From Paraspadella gotoi (lineage: Eukaryota; Animalia; Chaetognatha): a DNA stretch of 64,000 nucleotides. Location of the stretch: assembly GCA_051294375.1 (NCBI GenBank), contig CM119271.1:10407427-10471426 (forward strand), written 5' to 3'. Under the pieces are notes generated by a model. That model made no database searches and was not told the DNA's origin. It saw only the letters and a program-made list of their open reading frames with translations. This document shows, piece by piece, positions 49,213 to 64,000 of this stretch. Position 1 is the stretch's first letter, and each line of letters opens with the position of its first letter. Made by a program: the position numbers and the translations under genes.

Positions 49213-51698
49213 ATGCTTCTCTCGGCCGGGTCCTCCCCTGTCCCCTCCCCCTCTCCCTCCTGTTGCCTAGCACCTTCCCCCCACGACCACCCGCCCCCTC
49301 CGCCAATGGATCTCGAGCGCACGCGCCTCTTCGTCCAGCAGCTCTACGCGCCGGTGACGGACGCCGCCCACGTGGTCGCGATGCTGACCCATCTGCGCAA
49401 CGCCGTCATCGGAAATAACAAACAGAAGACGAACGTGATCGCTCTGGGCGCAGTGCCGCGCCTCCTGCAGTTCCTCCTCGAGGACGGCGGATCCGAACTG
49501 GCGCTGCTCACCGAGTCCGCCGTCGTCCTCGGCTCTTTGGCCAAAGGCTCCGATGAGAACGTGAAGGCCCTCGTCGAGGCGGGCACCATCCCCGTCCTCC
49601 TCAAGGGTCTGGCTCATCCCCACGTGCCTTTCATCGAGGGATGTCTCCGATGCCTGCGATCCATCTTCCTCTCCAACGTGGCGCCAGTCGAGGTCATTTA
49701 TCAAGACGACGGCGTCCTGCGGCAACTCATTCACGTCATGCCGCTCACGCCCGTCACGCAAGAGTGCGTGGCCAACATTTTCGCGCGATCGTGCAAGACT
49801 CCGGCGCATCAGGAAGCGCTGTGGCATCACGGCGTCGTGCGGCATTTGGGTCCGATGCTGATGTCTGATCGAATCGACGTAAAACTCCCGGCGCTGAAAT
49901 TCGTCGCCGTACTCTGCTTTCAAAACGACGGCGTCGCGGCGACCATTGCCGCCACGCGACACCGTGATCCTTACACGGGGGAAGAGCGCTCTCTCGTGGA
50001 CACGCTCGTCGACTCTTTGCGTCGCAATCAGCCCGTCGACATGCAACTGGCGGTGGCCAAGAGCCTGACACATCTTTGCAAGTCGGGCGCCGTCGCCGCC
50101 GACGACGCTTGCATCGTTTTTCTCACGCTCCCGACGTTGGTGCGCATGTGCAAGAGAGAGAGACTCCCGTTGGAGCGGATAGAGGGAGCCAACGTGTTGA
50201 GCTACTTGATAGAGACGGACGTGCATCTGCAGAGAGTGGCCGCCATATCCGACCACCTCATTGGCACCCTCGTCGAGTTCTTCCACCCCGATGTTCTTCA
50301 ACTCACTTCCACGCAGGTTTGTCAATAAACATAAAAATGCCCCTAAACCTTTCCTTGTTGCATTATTTTAATGACAGTAATAAAATTTACCTACTAATTA
50401 AAGAATAATATTTTTTAACTTATAACTTAACTTATTTTATAATTGGTAATTCTTTTCTCGCCATTCCGTCCTTCACCAATCAGATGCCTTTCGGATTCGT
50501 GAGTCTTTCCCATCCCAACCACTCTTCGCTCCTCAAGCGCGATCTTGGCGCCGAACTCCGCGCGGCCGCATTTCGCGCCTACGCGTCCCTCGGCTCCAAC
50601 GACGAAGACATTCGCCGAAAAATCATCGAGCAGCACCAGTTGATGAGCCGCGTGGTGTCGGGCCTCTCCGACCCCAACCTCGACGTCCGCCTCGCCGCCA
50701 CCCGTTGCCTCCACTCGATGAGTCGTTCCGTGCAACTTCTCCGCACCACCTTCCAGGACCACGCCGTCTGGAAGCCGCTGATGAAGATGCTGCACAACGC
50801 CTCGGACGAGGCGCTTCGCCTGGCCTCCTCGACCCTCTGCAACCTGCTATTGGAGTTCTCGCCGTCCAAGGAGCCGATCCTCGAATCGGGAGTCGTCGAC
50901 ATGCTCGTGGGGTTGACGCGGCGCGACGACGGCGCCCTCCGGGTCAACGGAATCTGGGCGCTGATGAACATGGCCTTTCAGGCGGAACAAAAGGTCAAAC
51001 TGACCATCCTCAACTCGCTGGGTACCGAGCAACTCTTTCACCTCCTCTCCGACGAGAATTCCGAAGTCGTCATGAAGACTTTGGGGATGTTGAGGAACTT
51101 ACTCACGGGTAAGTGCGAATAGTGAGAATAAAATAAGTCACTTCCCACGGAAATAAACCCCACACTCCATCCTTCAAGGAAAGAGCCACATCGATCACAT
51201 CATGAGAGTCTACGGTCAGCAGATTCTGCAGTTCGTCGTCGTCATCCTCGAAGGCGCCCACTCGGTGCCCATCAAGGAGCAGGCGCTCTGCCTCGTCGCC
51301 AACATTGCGGACGGAAATGAGGCGCGCGCCTACATCATGACCAACGAGGACGTCCTCAGGAAGATCATCAACTACATGCGGGACACGAGAACCAAGCTTC
51401 AGGTATAAATTTGGGACGTGTGGGGATGGGACCGGGTCATTATAGATCGGGAAAATATAGAAATACATTTATGTATTTACGTGGGTAATACATGTATGTT
51501 TTTTGTCTCCTGTGCTTTCCTTAGATTGCCGCCGTGTTTTGCGTCTGCAACCTTTTGCGGTCTGAAGAGGACGGCGCCGCGGAACGGCAGGCGAAGCTGC
51601 GCGAGATGGGAATCCAGCGGCTGCTGCAGCAGCTCCTCACCACGCCGGACGCAGTGCTGTTCGATAAAGTCAAAACCGCCTTGCAGCAATTCACGTGA
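49213..51698 (+). CDS. ARMC8: Armadillo repeat protein 8 (CTLH/GID5), 4 exons
   Basis: [12 protein letters not shown]; [10 protein letters not shown]; [20 protein letters not shown]; [26 protein letters not shown]; [13 protein letters not shown]. Confidence 0.95.
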
Positions 51699-52104
51699 CG
51701 GACGATCTTTCCCCTTCCTCCCCTCTCTTCTGTTCCCAACGACGCCCCTCTCCTGGGAGACTATTATTTTATATCGAAACAATAATAAATTTTCGGACGA
51801 CCAGTAATTTTTTTTTTTCTTTTAATAGAATGTTACGGTATAATTATTTAAAACATGCTTCGTTTTCTTTTCTTTTTCAGGTTTAGCAATTTGCAATTTT
51901 AGGCACCAATTTAGGCATTTATATTTACAGTTTTTATTTATTCATTTATTCGTTTATTTTTATTTTATTATTATTTTGTTATTTCTTCGCCGAAAACTGG
52001 GAAGAAAAAAAAACCCTAAATTAGAAAAAATGACCACAAATTTTTATACTTAAACGATTGGCCAATAATAATTTTGGGAAAAAAATTAAAAAAAAAAAAC
52101 AAGG

Positions 52105-52959
52105 ATGGCGCCTTCTTGGCTCTCCTCGTTGATCGACGAGAATTGCCAAAGCTTCTGGCGCCACCTCAGCGACTGGGAGATCCCCGTGCTCGTCGTTGTC
52201 GCCGTCGCCTTCTTCGCCAATTACGTGTGCCGCGTCGCCCGCAAACCCCTCGTCGTCTGCAACGCCAATCACCCGCTCTCCGACGTGCTCAACCATGGCC
52301 TGCCCGTGCTCAAGGACAAGTACTGGCCAACGTTTTGGTGCTACCAGGCTCACTTCGCAACTATCTTCAGGAGTCTCTTCAAAGGCGAGAGAAATGGGGA
52401 AGGAATGTGGCGGGAGGATTTCGTTCCAGTTGCGTTTTCGGTTCCTTTATTCCTCAAATTTTCTTGATCGTTCTGTATTCCCTTTATCTCTCGTTGCTAC
52501 TTTTCCGCATTTTTACCGTTATTTTTTTGGAACAACCTCGTCCTTTACTAAGCGTATTTGTTCCTAATTGTCTTTCCCTGTTCTTGATTGTCATTTCGAT
52601 CATCACTTATCCTTTCCAGGAACGCCCCACGTCCCTTATGAACCGGAAATGCTGGAAACTCCCGACGGTGGCCTCGTCAAACTCGACTGGGTCCACAATG
52701 AGTCGTCGAACTTCGACTCTTCGTCTCGACCGCTCGTCTTGTTTTTGCCTGGTGAGAAGACGACGACAACAACAACAATATAAATAATAACTTGGCAGTC
52801 AAAGTCCGTCTCTTTTTCTCTCTCCCTTTCCACCAGGTATTTCGGGGGCCAGCGACGAAAATTACATTCTCCACCTCGTCAAAGAGGCCATGGCTTTGGG
52901 TTACCGATCCGTTGTGTTCAATTATCGAGGCCTCGGAGGCGTCGCGCTCAAAACTGCAA

Positions 52960-52998
<39 letters not shown>

Positions 52999-54214
52999 GA
53001 GAGTGTGTGTGCAATGTATTTCCTGTTGCCGGATTACCTGTTATGCCCAAATTGCCCATCCAGGTAGGGCATTTCACCATTTGGCGTTGGCGGTTGCAAT
53101 GCGGCGCCAACAGATCCTATCCAATAACTTAACCAAATCTTTACTAATCGCTCAGAATCTACAACTCGACGAACACCGAGGATTTAGACCTGGTGGTCTC
53201 TCACATCAAGTCCCGTTTCCCCGACGCACCGATGTTGGCCGTCGGGTGTTCGCTCGGAGGAATGTTGTTGTTCAATTATCTCTCCGTCGGCTGTCGAGGC
53301 CTCACCGTCGGTCTCGACGCGGGTGAGTCTCTCTCTCACTTGTTGTTGTTGTTGTTTGTCAACTTCGGGTTGAGTAAAGTTTTATTTCCCCCCCCTTTTG
53401 CAGTAAAAAGCTCCTCGGATTCTTCGTCGATTTCGACGGATAAAGAAAGTGAGAGCGATTTGTAATTCGCCGAATAAATTTAGTGAACTGTGAAATTCGC
53501 AACACCCCGCCTAATTTCATTTCTATTTTTTTTTTTTGTTCAGGATGTCCATTTTTGGCGGCGATGACGATATCTTGCGTTTGGGATCCGTTCGAAGCAG
53601 CTAATTCGCTGGAGGAACCTCTCAACTGGGTTTTGTTCAACAGAACTTTGAAGGGTGATTATCTTCCTTACGGTTTTTGAAAAGAAAAAAAAAATATTAC
53701 AAAAATGTTTTTTGCTCTTCCCCTTCTCTTCGCAGAGAACTTGTGCCGCACCGTGAAGAACAACCGGGAAATTTTAAATTCCGATTGGGACGTCGACCAC
53801 GTGCTGGCCTCCAAGACCATCCGCGAATTTGACGAGCGCCTGACACACAAGATGTTTGGCTACACGTCCAACGACGCCTACTACCAAGCAGCCGTCCTGC
53901 GTGACAGGCGAGAAAAATGGGAAATGGGTTGAATTCGAAATTCGCGAAGCTAAAACTCCAATCCAATCCCTTTTGCCTGATCCAGGCTCCATCAGATCAA
54001 GTGCTGCCCCCTCGTTTGCCTCAACGCCGCCGATGACCCCTTCTGCCCGGCGGCGTCGATCCCCCTCAGTGGCGCCGTCAAGTCGGACAACGTGGCGCTC
54101 ATCGTCACCGACTTCGGCGGTCACATCGGCTTCATCGAGGGCGTGTCCCCTTATGGACCCAACTTTGCCGATCGACTTTTTCGGCAACTCGCCTGCTCTG
54201 TCTTTTCTGGATGA
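52105..54214 (+). CDS. ABHD3: ABHD1/ABHD3-family alpha/beta hydrolase, multi-exon
   Basis: YWPTFWC; [11 protein letters not shown]; FNYRG; VGCSLGG nucleophile elbow; TIREFD; LNAADDPF; GGHIGFIEG. Confidence 0.85.
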
Positions 54215-55214
54215 AAAAAAAAAAAGAAGAAGAGTGGATGAAAGGAAATTATTTTTATTTTTTATTTATTTATTCCATGTTTAGAAATTCATTGACTGAT
54301 TAAAGGGAAAAAAAAATTGTTTTCTAAACTTTTCTTTTTATTTTGGTGGACTATTATTTAATTTTCAAACATATAGCATGCGCAATAATGCCCATAATTC
54401 TGTCCCCTCTTCGCTTTTGCTCTTATTGTCATGAAATTATACACTTTGTTGATAATTGTAAATTACAAAATCTCCTAGGAAAGAATGGTTAGCCGATAAA
54501 TCTAGTCAGTTTTCGAAACAATGTGTATTGTGTATTGGCCTCTAGAATGCCCCTCGTTTTGCTGACATATACACACCACGCTTTTTTTTCGATGCTCAAG
54601 CAATAAATTGAAGTGGGAAACGTTTTTGTCTTCACTTCTTGTTTTAAAACCGGTCATAAAAGGGTTCGCGAAGTCAATCTTTACGCTTTTTTTTTTTTGG
54701 ATTGATTATAACTTTTGAGGTCATGTCTGTTTATGACGGAGGTTGGCCGTTTTTATTTTTGTCATATGGCTTTGTATGACACGAAAGTGCAAATTAATGA
54801 TAGCGTCCTTACGACACGTCTTTAAAAATCTTTCACTCGCTTAGCCTCATTATCAAGACAAATATATTACAAGTTATTGTGTCCTGTTGTTTATCTACAC
54901 GCAAAAAAAAAAATCATAATTTAACGATATGAGATTTTTGTGACTCTTTCTTGGTGCCGTTAACCGTCCCACCGTCACTGATCTCGAAAATTAAAAATAT
55001 TTCAGAAAAAAAAACCCAGAAATCTGTCTCGTGTCCTCATTACTCACGTTTGCACCAAGAGACGAAACCCTAGTAACTGGAATGACAAATCGGGGCAACT
55101 CCTGAGACTACGGGGAATTAACCAAATCGTCGTCCATCAATTTCAAAACCCAAACCAAACCACAAATAAGACGAAAACAAAAATAGAAACAAAAAAGCCA
55201 AAACGCAAAGCAAA

Positions 55215-57112
<1,898 letters not shown>

Positions 57113-57977
57113 TGGCGACGATCTGCCGAAAAATTCCCCGAAATGAAATCCGTTCGATTCCTGGACACGGATCTCCAGGCGCCCTCTCCAGACCCTTACC
57201 CATTTCCCCCCCCCTTCTTTGGTTCACCTTTTTCAACGCGCGTGTCTTTATAATTAAAAAGTTTCTCTGTGTCGAATATGTACATGTAAAAAAAAAAAAC
57301 ACTTTCATTAACTCCGTTGCTAGTCTCGCTGAATTGAGAAAAATCAGCTTTCTTTTTAAAAATAATTTATATATTCTTTTATGGGGCTTTTTTTTATTTT
57401 GACCAAAAAAAAAAAAAAAAAAAAAACTAAAAGAATGTACAAGGGCCCGTACCCGCTTATGGTGATCTTGTTTCTGTTGGTGAGGGGGGTAAGAATATGT
57501 CTGTTTTTGGGCCGACGACTCCGCGTGTCCAAAACCACCGAGTTTATTTAGGATTTTTTTTTTTCGTTTTCGTAGTTCGGAATGCTTTATCCATTTCTTT
57601 AACGGATCCTCCCTGCGTTGCTGAGTCCCGATTTCGTATCGAAAAAAAACAACAAAAAACAAGTGACATTATCAGCGAAATTTCATCCTTAATACTAAAT
57701 CAAGATTCTAAATTTAAACTCGAAATTGATCATTGATCAATACAGTACGTGCACACTTATTTATAAAAGATTTTTCTGAAGTTTATCTATGAAAATCAGA
57801 AGTTTCGGTTTGCGACGATTCAGGATTCCCGTGTTCGATTACCATGCCAAACACCTCATCGGCTGCCGCCCAATTATTTCCGTGGGCAGATCGATACTTG
57901 TTGACATCGACCACTTGTACACTGTACAGCCATATGAATTATACTTTGCTTTAGTTTTACAGTATTTGGCCGCGCTT

Positions 57978-60375
57978 ATGTTAAAAAACTTCGGCACTTT
58001 GAGAGCCCGAATAGCTTTGAGAAAAATGACTTTGGTCGACGCCCCCAAAGTGTTTCCGGTGGCGGTGATTGGAGCGACCGGCGTGGGTAAATCTAAACTT
58101 GCAATCGAAATCGCCCAACGATTCGACGGCGTCGTCGTCAACGCTGACTCGATGCAGATCTACGAAGGACTCGACATTGTGACTAACAAAGGTGCAGATA
58201 GCGATGCCAATATCGCGATTATTAAACCTTGTTTTTTAAGTTTAACTTTAATGCATTTGTCCTTTCGTCCTTACTCCGTTTTCAGTGACGCCTGAGGAGC
58301 GTACACAAGCGCCCCATCGTCTTCTAGACTACGTGGATCCCCTCAACCGGTCGCACACGGTCGTCGACTTCCGCTCGGAAGCTCTCCCCGTCATCGACGA
58401 GCTGCTCGGCGAAGGCAAGACACCCGTCATATGCGGGGGGACCATGTACTACATAGAGTCGTTGCTGTGGCAGACGCTCATTCCATCAGAGACGACGACG
58501 ACAGCCGCGACGACGACGCCGCCGTTGACCCGAGCCGAGATGGCGCGAATCGACGCTCGGGATTCCTACGAACGACTCCAACGCCTAGACCCCGACGCTG
58601 CCGTCAAGATTCATCCAAACGATAAACGAAAGGTTCTCCGCGCCTTGGAGGTCAGCGAATCCGGCGCCAAGATGTCCGAGCTGCACGCGGCGCAGCACCG
58701 CGAGGGGAAGAGTCGTCTTAGAGGTCCGCTGAGGTCGGTTGGGGGGAATGTAAATAACTCTGCGAGGAAATTTCGTCTTATGAATCTTGGTTTTGTCGAT
58801 CCTTAAGGTACCCGGACGCCGTCATGATTTGGGTCGAGAGTGAGGCCGACGTCCTCAACGATCGACTCGATCGCCGCGTCGACGGGATGCTCGAGGCGGG
58901 GATGCTGCGAGAGATGCTCGACTTTCACGAAAAGTACAATCGATTGAGGACGGAGAGAAAAGGTGAGGAAAAGAGTTGAAATGTTGTTGCGGGGTGGTTT
59001 CGGTGGGTGAGTCCTTAATGTGCGGAACTGAAACGAGAGAGAGCGCCTGGCCGGGCGCCGGTGAAATGATCCACAGTGGCTAATATGGCTAATAATGGCA
59101 AATATGTTCGAAGTTTAAAAAGTTCAAAAGGCCTCAAATTGAACTGTAAATCGCGAAAGATTAGCCGATGACAAACAAACTTTTAATGAATTAAAGCTTC
59201 TAGTTTCGCTATTACATCGAGTTACCTTAGTTTGAGGTTTTGTGAAACGAACAATATTCACAATTTAAAAGTTTCTTAAAAATTTTCCCCGTTCAGCGGA
59301 AAAAAAGGATTATACGAGTGGAATCTTCCAAAGCATAGGGTTCAAGGAATTCCACGATTATCTTCTCATGTCCGAAGAGTGCAAAGACTCGTTAAAGGGA
59401 AGGCGCGCCTTTAGCGAGGGACTCGAACTCTTGAAACTTCACACGAAACAGTACACCAAGAATCAAAGAGCCTGGATTCAAAATAGATTCTTGAAAAAAA
59501 CCACAGAGGGTGAGTTTTATTTTTTTTTTGTCTGCATTGTTCCGTCCAAGATGTCATTTTTCTTTTGTTATGGAAAGTCGATTTTTAATGAATCCGTTAA
59601 TACAGTTTATAAAATATTGAATAATAAATCATGTGTTTTTTTTTGTTTTGAGCTGCATGAAGCCTAAATGTCCCGTTTCTGTGAGAGAGTTATTTGACCT
59701 TTCGTCTTTTAACAATTTTACACTCAACTTGCTTATTTTGTTCTAGTTTTTAACCCTTTACCCTTCTCCCCTCCAGACGAGCCGCTGCCTCCCGTCTACA
59801 AATTGGACTCGACGGACCCGTCGGCCTGGGACTCTCTCGTCCGCGACCGCGCCTTTTTCCTCCTCGACTCTCTCCGCCGCGGAGTCGCTCCGACGCCCGA
59901 AGATCCTTCGCCGGAACCCGTGACGCTCCGCAGTCCCGTCGACGACGCCGTCCTCGGCGAGCGACTCGAATGTCAAGCCTGCGAGAAAGTCTTCTTCTCT
60001 CGATCCCAGTTTCTCTCTCACCAACGGACGAAGAAGCACCGCGGCGCCGAGGCCCGTTTGGCGGAGGAACGCGCTAACTTGGGACGGACGTTGGGGAGGG
60101 CTGCGGCTGCTGCAGTGGCGGCCGCGGCGGCTGACGTCGAAAGTCAAACACTCGAGTGCCTTCTCTGTCGAAGAAGCTTCGATTCGGAAGATAAACTCGC
60201 CGGTCATCGTCGCTCAAAAAAACACAAGAGAAAAGTGAGGAACGAAGACCCATCGACGATCGGATTGGGAAGCGGGGATGAGCTCGTTTCCTCGACACAA
60301 ATATTGGAACTGGGGGATTATGATCTCGGTTCGGACGGTGAACTTGGATATTTAGAAAAATCACGCCAATTTTGA
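57978..60375 (+). CDS. TRIT1: tRNA dimethylallyltransferase (MiaA/Mod5), 5 exons
   Basis: [10 protein letters not shown]; [17 protein letters not shown]; [12 protein letters not shown]; IHPNDKRK; [11 protein letters not shown]; C-terminal Zn fingers. Confidence 0.95.
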
Positions 60376-60475
60376 TAGGAGTTACTGTTGCTGTTACTAC
60401 TTGCCAATACTTGTGTTATTGTTAACGTTATAACGTTACGTCGTTGACTTAATCGCAGAGAATTACGCTTAAAAA

Positions 60476-61638
60476 ATGCGTAAATTAAATTGGGCGACGT
60501 CGACGCTTTTTCGCGCGACGAAAGCCCAACGTCTTCCGTCGCCGACGCGAATCTCGTCGCGTCTCATTTCGTCGTCGTCGTCGTCTCGCGATGGTCCCAC
60601 TGCCTCCGCCCTCTTCACCTCCATCCTCTCCCACCGTCCTCACCACCTCCGCCTCTCCGCCCACTCGTTCGCCGTCCGCCTTCCCGTCGTCCGCCTCGTC
60701 GTCCACCGCTCAACTACCTCGGACTCTTCTTCTTCCTCCTCCTCCGCCACCCTCGACGCGGCGTCGTTGACGCCGGAATCCGCGCGCGAATTTCTTTCGA
60801 AACTCGACGCCGAAAGGCGGAGCGTGGTTTTGCGAGAGTTGACCGTCTTGTTGGAAGAAGGGTCTTCCGATGCGCCAACGCCGCCGGCGGGAGTTGCCGC
60901 CTTGGACCCACCATCCGGCGCGCAGCTCCGGCTCGTCTGCCTGCACAACTGTCTGCCCTTTATTGGTTTCGGGTTTCTCGACAACGCGCTTATGATTCTG
61001 GCCGGAGATTACATCGATACAACGATCGGCGTCGCTCTCGGAATTTCAACAATGGCCGCCGCTGGACTGGGTGAGGACTGAGTAAGGTAGTCGGTAGTTT
61101 TTCTTCTGATGCTGCTTAGAACATTGAAATAGCTATCCGCAATGCGACCTGCATATTAATCGCGTCAGGAGTTTATCATTGTCAAAGAAAAAGTTGTTTA
61201 AATATGCAGATTATAAGACCTTTTTCGCGTTCTGCAATATGCGAATAGGATTTTGATCGCAATTTTTGTTTTCATTCAGGGAATCTTCTTTCGGATCTCG
61301 CTGGTCTCGGCACCGCCCACTACATCGAACATTTTTGCCTCTCGTTGGGAATGAGATCTCCGGACTTGAGTTTCGTGCAGAAGGAGATGCGAATCACTCG
61401 GTTCTTCGTGAACCTCGGACGCGCGATCGGAATCACTATTGGCTGCCTCTTGGGCATGTTTTCCCTCTTCTTCACCAAAGGCAGAGAGGAGTTGGAGAAG
61501 GATATGGAGAAGGATATGGAGAAAGAGCTGGAGATCGAGAAGAAGCTGGTGATGGAGGAAGAGGAAGTAAAGACGAATGAGAAGAACGTCGTGTCGCCGA
61601 AGAAGGAAACTCCGGTGCCTTCGTCGAGGGATAAATAA
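60476..61638 (+). CDS. TMEM65: Transmembrane protein 65, 2 exons
   Basis: LPFIGFGFLDNALMILAGDYID..IG..LGISTMAAAGLG|NLLSDLAG; GRAIGITIGCLLGMF. Confidence 0.95.
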
Positions 61639-64000
61639 ATTATTATTTTTTTATATTTAATTCCTTATTTTTTTTTCTTACAAATTTGGACGATCGTCGA
61701 TTCTTTTCGTCTTCCCCTCTCCCCCCCCCTTTTTTGATCGTAATCAAAAATCTCCCGCTCAAAAAAAAAAAAAATTAGCAAAAAAAAAAAAAGAGAAACC
61801 CTTCTGGTAAACCATGTCGCCTTTCGATCCTTACCAAAAACGTGTGTTTTGTCCGTGTTACTTTTTTGGCCGAAGCTACTTAGCTAGAAAAAGCCTTCTG
61901 ATTATTAAATTTAAAAAAAAAAAAGAAAAAAAAAAGTCCCAAACCAAAAAACCCAGTTTTTTTATCGTTCCCCACCAGTTTTTTAATTCCAATTTACTTC
62001 GCTGTTAATCGTTTTTCTTACATATCACATCAGCCTTGGTTGTTGACTGTGCAATCTAGTCAAATTTTATTTGAAGTTGATAATAAGGGAGATTAATTAA
62101 CGAGGATAAAGCTGCAGATATATAAAGTTTGGGCTGCCTGGTGTGTTTTTGGGTAAAACTTCGAAATCTCTCTCCCAAAAGTGCTTACGTATTTGTTAAA
62201 AAAATTTTCGACTTTTTTTGTGTGTTCTTTTCCAATTTCATTCTTGTGTTCTATAAACCGGAATCTTTCATTTTTACCATACAACTTCATTTGATATCAA
62301 GACAAATATATCTTGCCATGATAGGCGGAATTATTTGTCAAATTTGATGTCGTTTTGAAAATTAGGCTTAATATTTTAGTTAATTCTTTTCTTTTATTTT
62401 TTTTTAATTTTGCATTTTTACGCGTTGTGATTTCAAGCGTTATTTTTACTTCATGTATTTTTCTTTTAAATTGGTGCCACGACATTAACTGATAATGATA
62501 ATATATTTTTTAAAGTTTAATATAATTTTTTTACATTCATTACCTTTAATAAAATTTTATTAACAACATGGACTAGTTGTGTAGCATCTAATTATTAATG
62601 TGGTATAACGCCTTTTAGAGATCCTTATAGTAGTCATCGTTAAACGTAAAAAAACTAATAGTATCTATAATCTAAGTAAAATGTCCACTGGATTTGATCA
62701 AAGAATGAAGCTGTGCGGACGTGGAATTAAATTGGGGATCCTTTGAAGACAATGTCAGTCCAAAAATCCGCGCGAAATTTCGATTCACGTTATGAAATGC
62801 TTTTCACATTGACTGTATGAATGCTCATCGCATAGTTTTACGAAAACGTGATACCATAAATACACTACGAACACGAACCATCACATCACTGAAAATATAC
62901 TCGTACTATTTTCACAATTTAATCTTTACACGTTTCAAACACGCATGCGTGTTTTCCCTTCCTTACCCAATCTCCCTCCCTTCCCTTTTTTTTTTATCTT
63001 TCTCCCCTTTTTTCCTTTTTAGACGTAAATGATCTCCTTTTTTTGTCTTTTCTGAATATTATGTCCTTTTTACCCAAATTTTTAAAATTAGATAATTATT
63101 CTTGAATACATTGTTTGTTCAGTTTCCTTGGTTCTTCACATCATTTACTGATATCCCATTCATTTCGGCAAGTCCGAGGCGTTTTGCTCTCGAAGTAATT
63201 AAAAAATATTCTCAGTAATATTATTAAAGAATTAAACTGCGATTAACCAAGCTAATTAAAATTGATAATTGGAAATAAAAAGAATTGGATAAAAAAATAC
63301 TACTTTTCTATCGTTTATTTTCCTTAATTCGGAATTTCATATTCATTTTTAGAGAAAATAAAATCTATAATATCAAAGGATGTTAGAGATGCTTTGCCAA
63401 AATTAGGTGGCTGAAAACTAAAATTTTCAAGAGCGTTTTCAGAAATGGGGGCGCGAAGCAAGCATTTAACCATTTGCGGCTTCATCTTTGCTCAGTCTTT
63501 TTTAATTTTTATTAAGGCCTCTTGCTCAATCCTGTTTAATATCTAGAATTCTTTGACGTTCATATTTACTGCTTGCAACCACACTTAACGGTAATTCAAG
63601 AGTCGGGGAACGAATCCACAATTCGAAAATTACAAAAAAAATTCCCTTTATTAATATTATTAGCATCATTTATCTGACGAACAACTATCTAGAAATTATA
63701 CAAAGCTCATTAACTTGTTACGGCTGATCGCTAAGCTTTTTAAAAAATCGGCTTCCGTTAATCTCCGCGATATTAGTTTTCGTCGCATGTTTTTTCGTTG
63801 CCCGTGAAAGCGCTTCCCTTTTGTTTAAAAAAAAAAAGAAAATCACACGGGAACTCTGAAACAAAAAAAAACTTCTATCTCGAGGAAGCTTTTTTTTTTT
63901 TTATTCATTATCTGTATTATGTCGTAGTATTATTATACCTAATGTTTTATTATTACTGCCGCCTTGGCTTGATTTTCAACTTCTTTGCGTGTTTTAACGC

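Noticed and set aside
49267-50325. Long antisense ORFs (also 1656-2555 and 55233-55766)
   Set aside because: These are shadows of GC-rich codon usage in real + strand genes.
61640-64000. Short ORFs at the right end
   Set aside because: AT-rich low-complexity sequence with no recognisable protein motif; faint similarity to the 9660-9850 repeat is too weak to call.

Overview
This window is eukaryotic genomic DNA from a compact invertebrate-type animal genome, with GC-rich exons and short AT-rich spliceosomal introns. It holds about 23 conserved housekeeping genes: MPI (3' end), DMAC1, KANSL2, LYRM7, GSKIP, NUBP2, ATP6V0E, TXNL1, SNX14, ATPAF2, LEPROT/Vps55, a TRIM-NHL gene, ACER3, SERINC, C6orf120, NOA1, DCTN5, ARMC8, ABHD1/3, VPS4, TRIT1 and TMEM65. 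All but SERINC are on the + strand, often with operon-like spacing (a 4-nt ATGA overlap, then gaps of 39, 81, 100 and 136 nt). Two signals stand out. (1) Four sequence-distinct short repeat families (6 copies) combine a tRNA-derived Pol III head with a circularly permuted twister-ribozyme fold; three of the families also carry an upstream hairpin, and the T1 pseudoknot covaries between families. (2) A 2.5-kb gag-only DIRS-type retroelement in NUBP2 intron 1 has its internal complementary region (ICR) inside a phase-compatible spliceosomal intron of its gag-like ORF. Also present are two catalytically altered Merlin/ISXO2-derived paralogues, frequent GC-AG introns and AAG acceptors, and palindromes resembling Penelope remnants. 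All alignments, splice models and RNA folds were done by eye; no database search was run.
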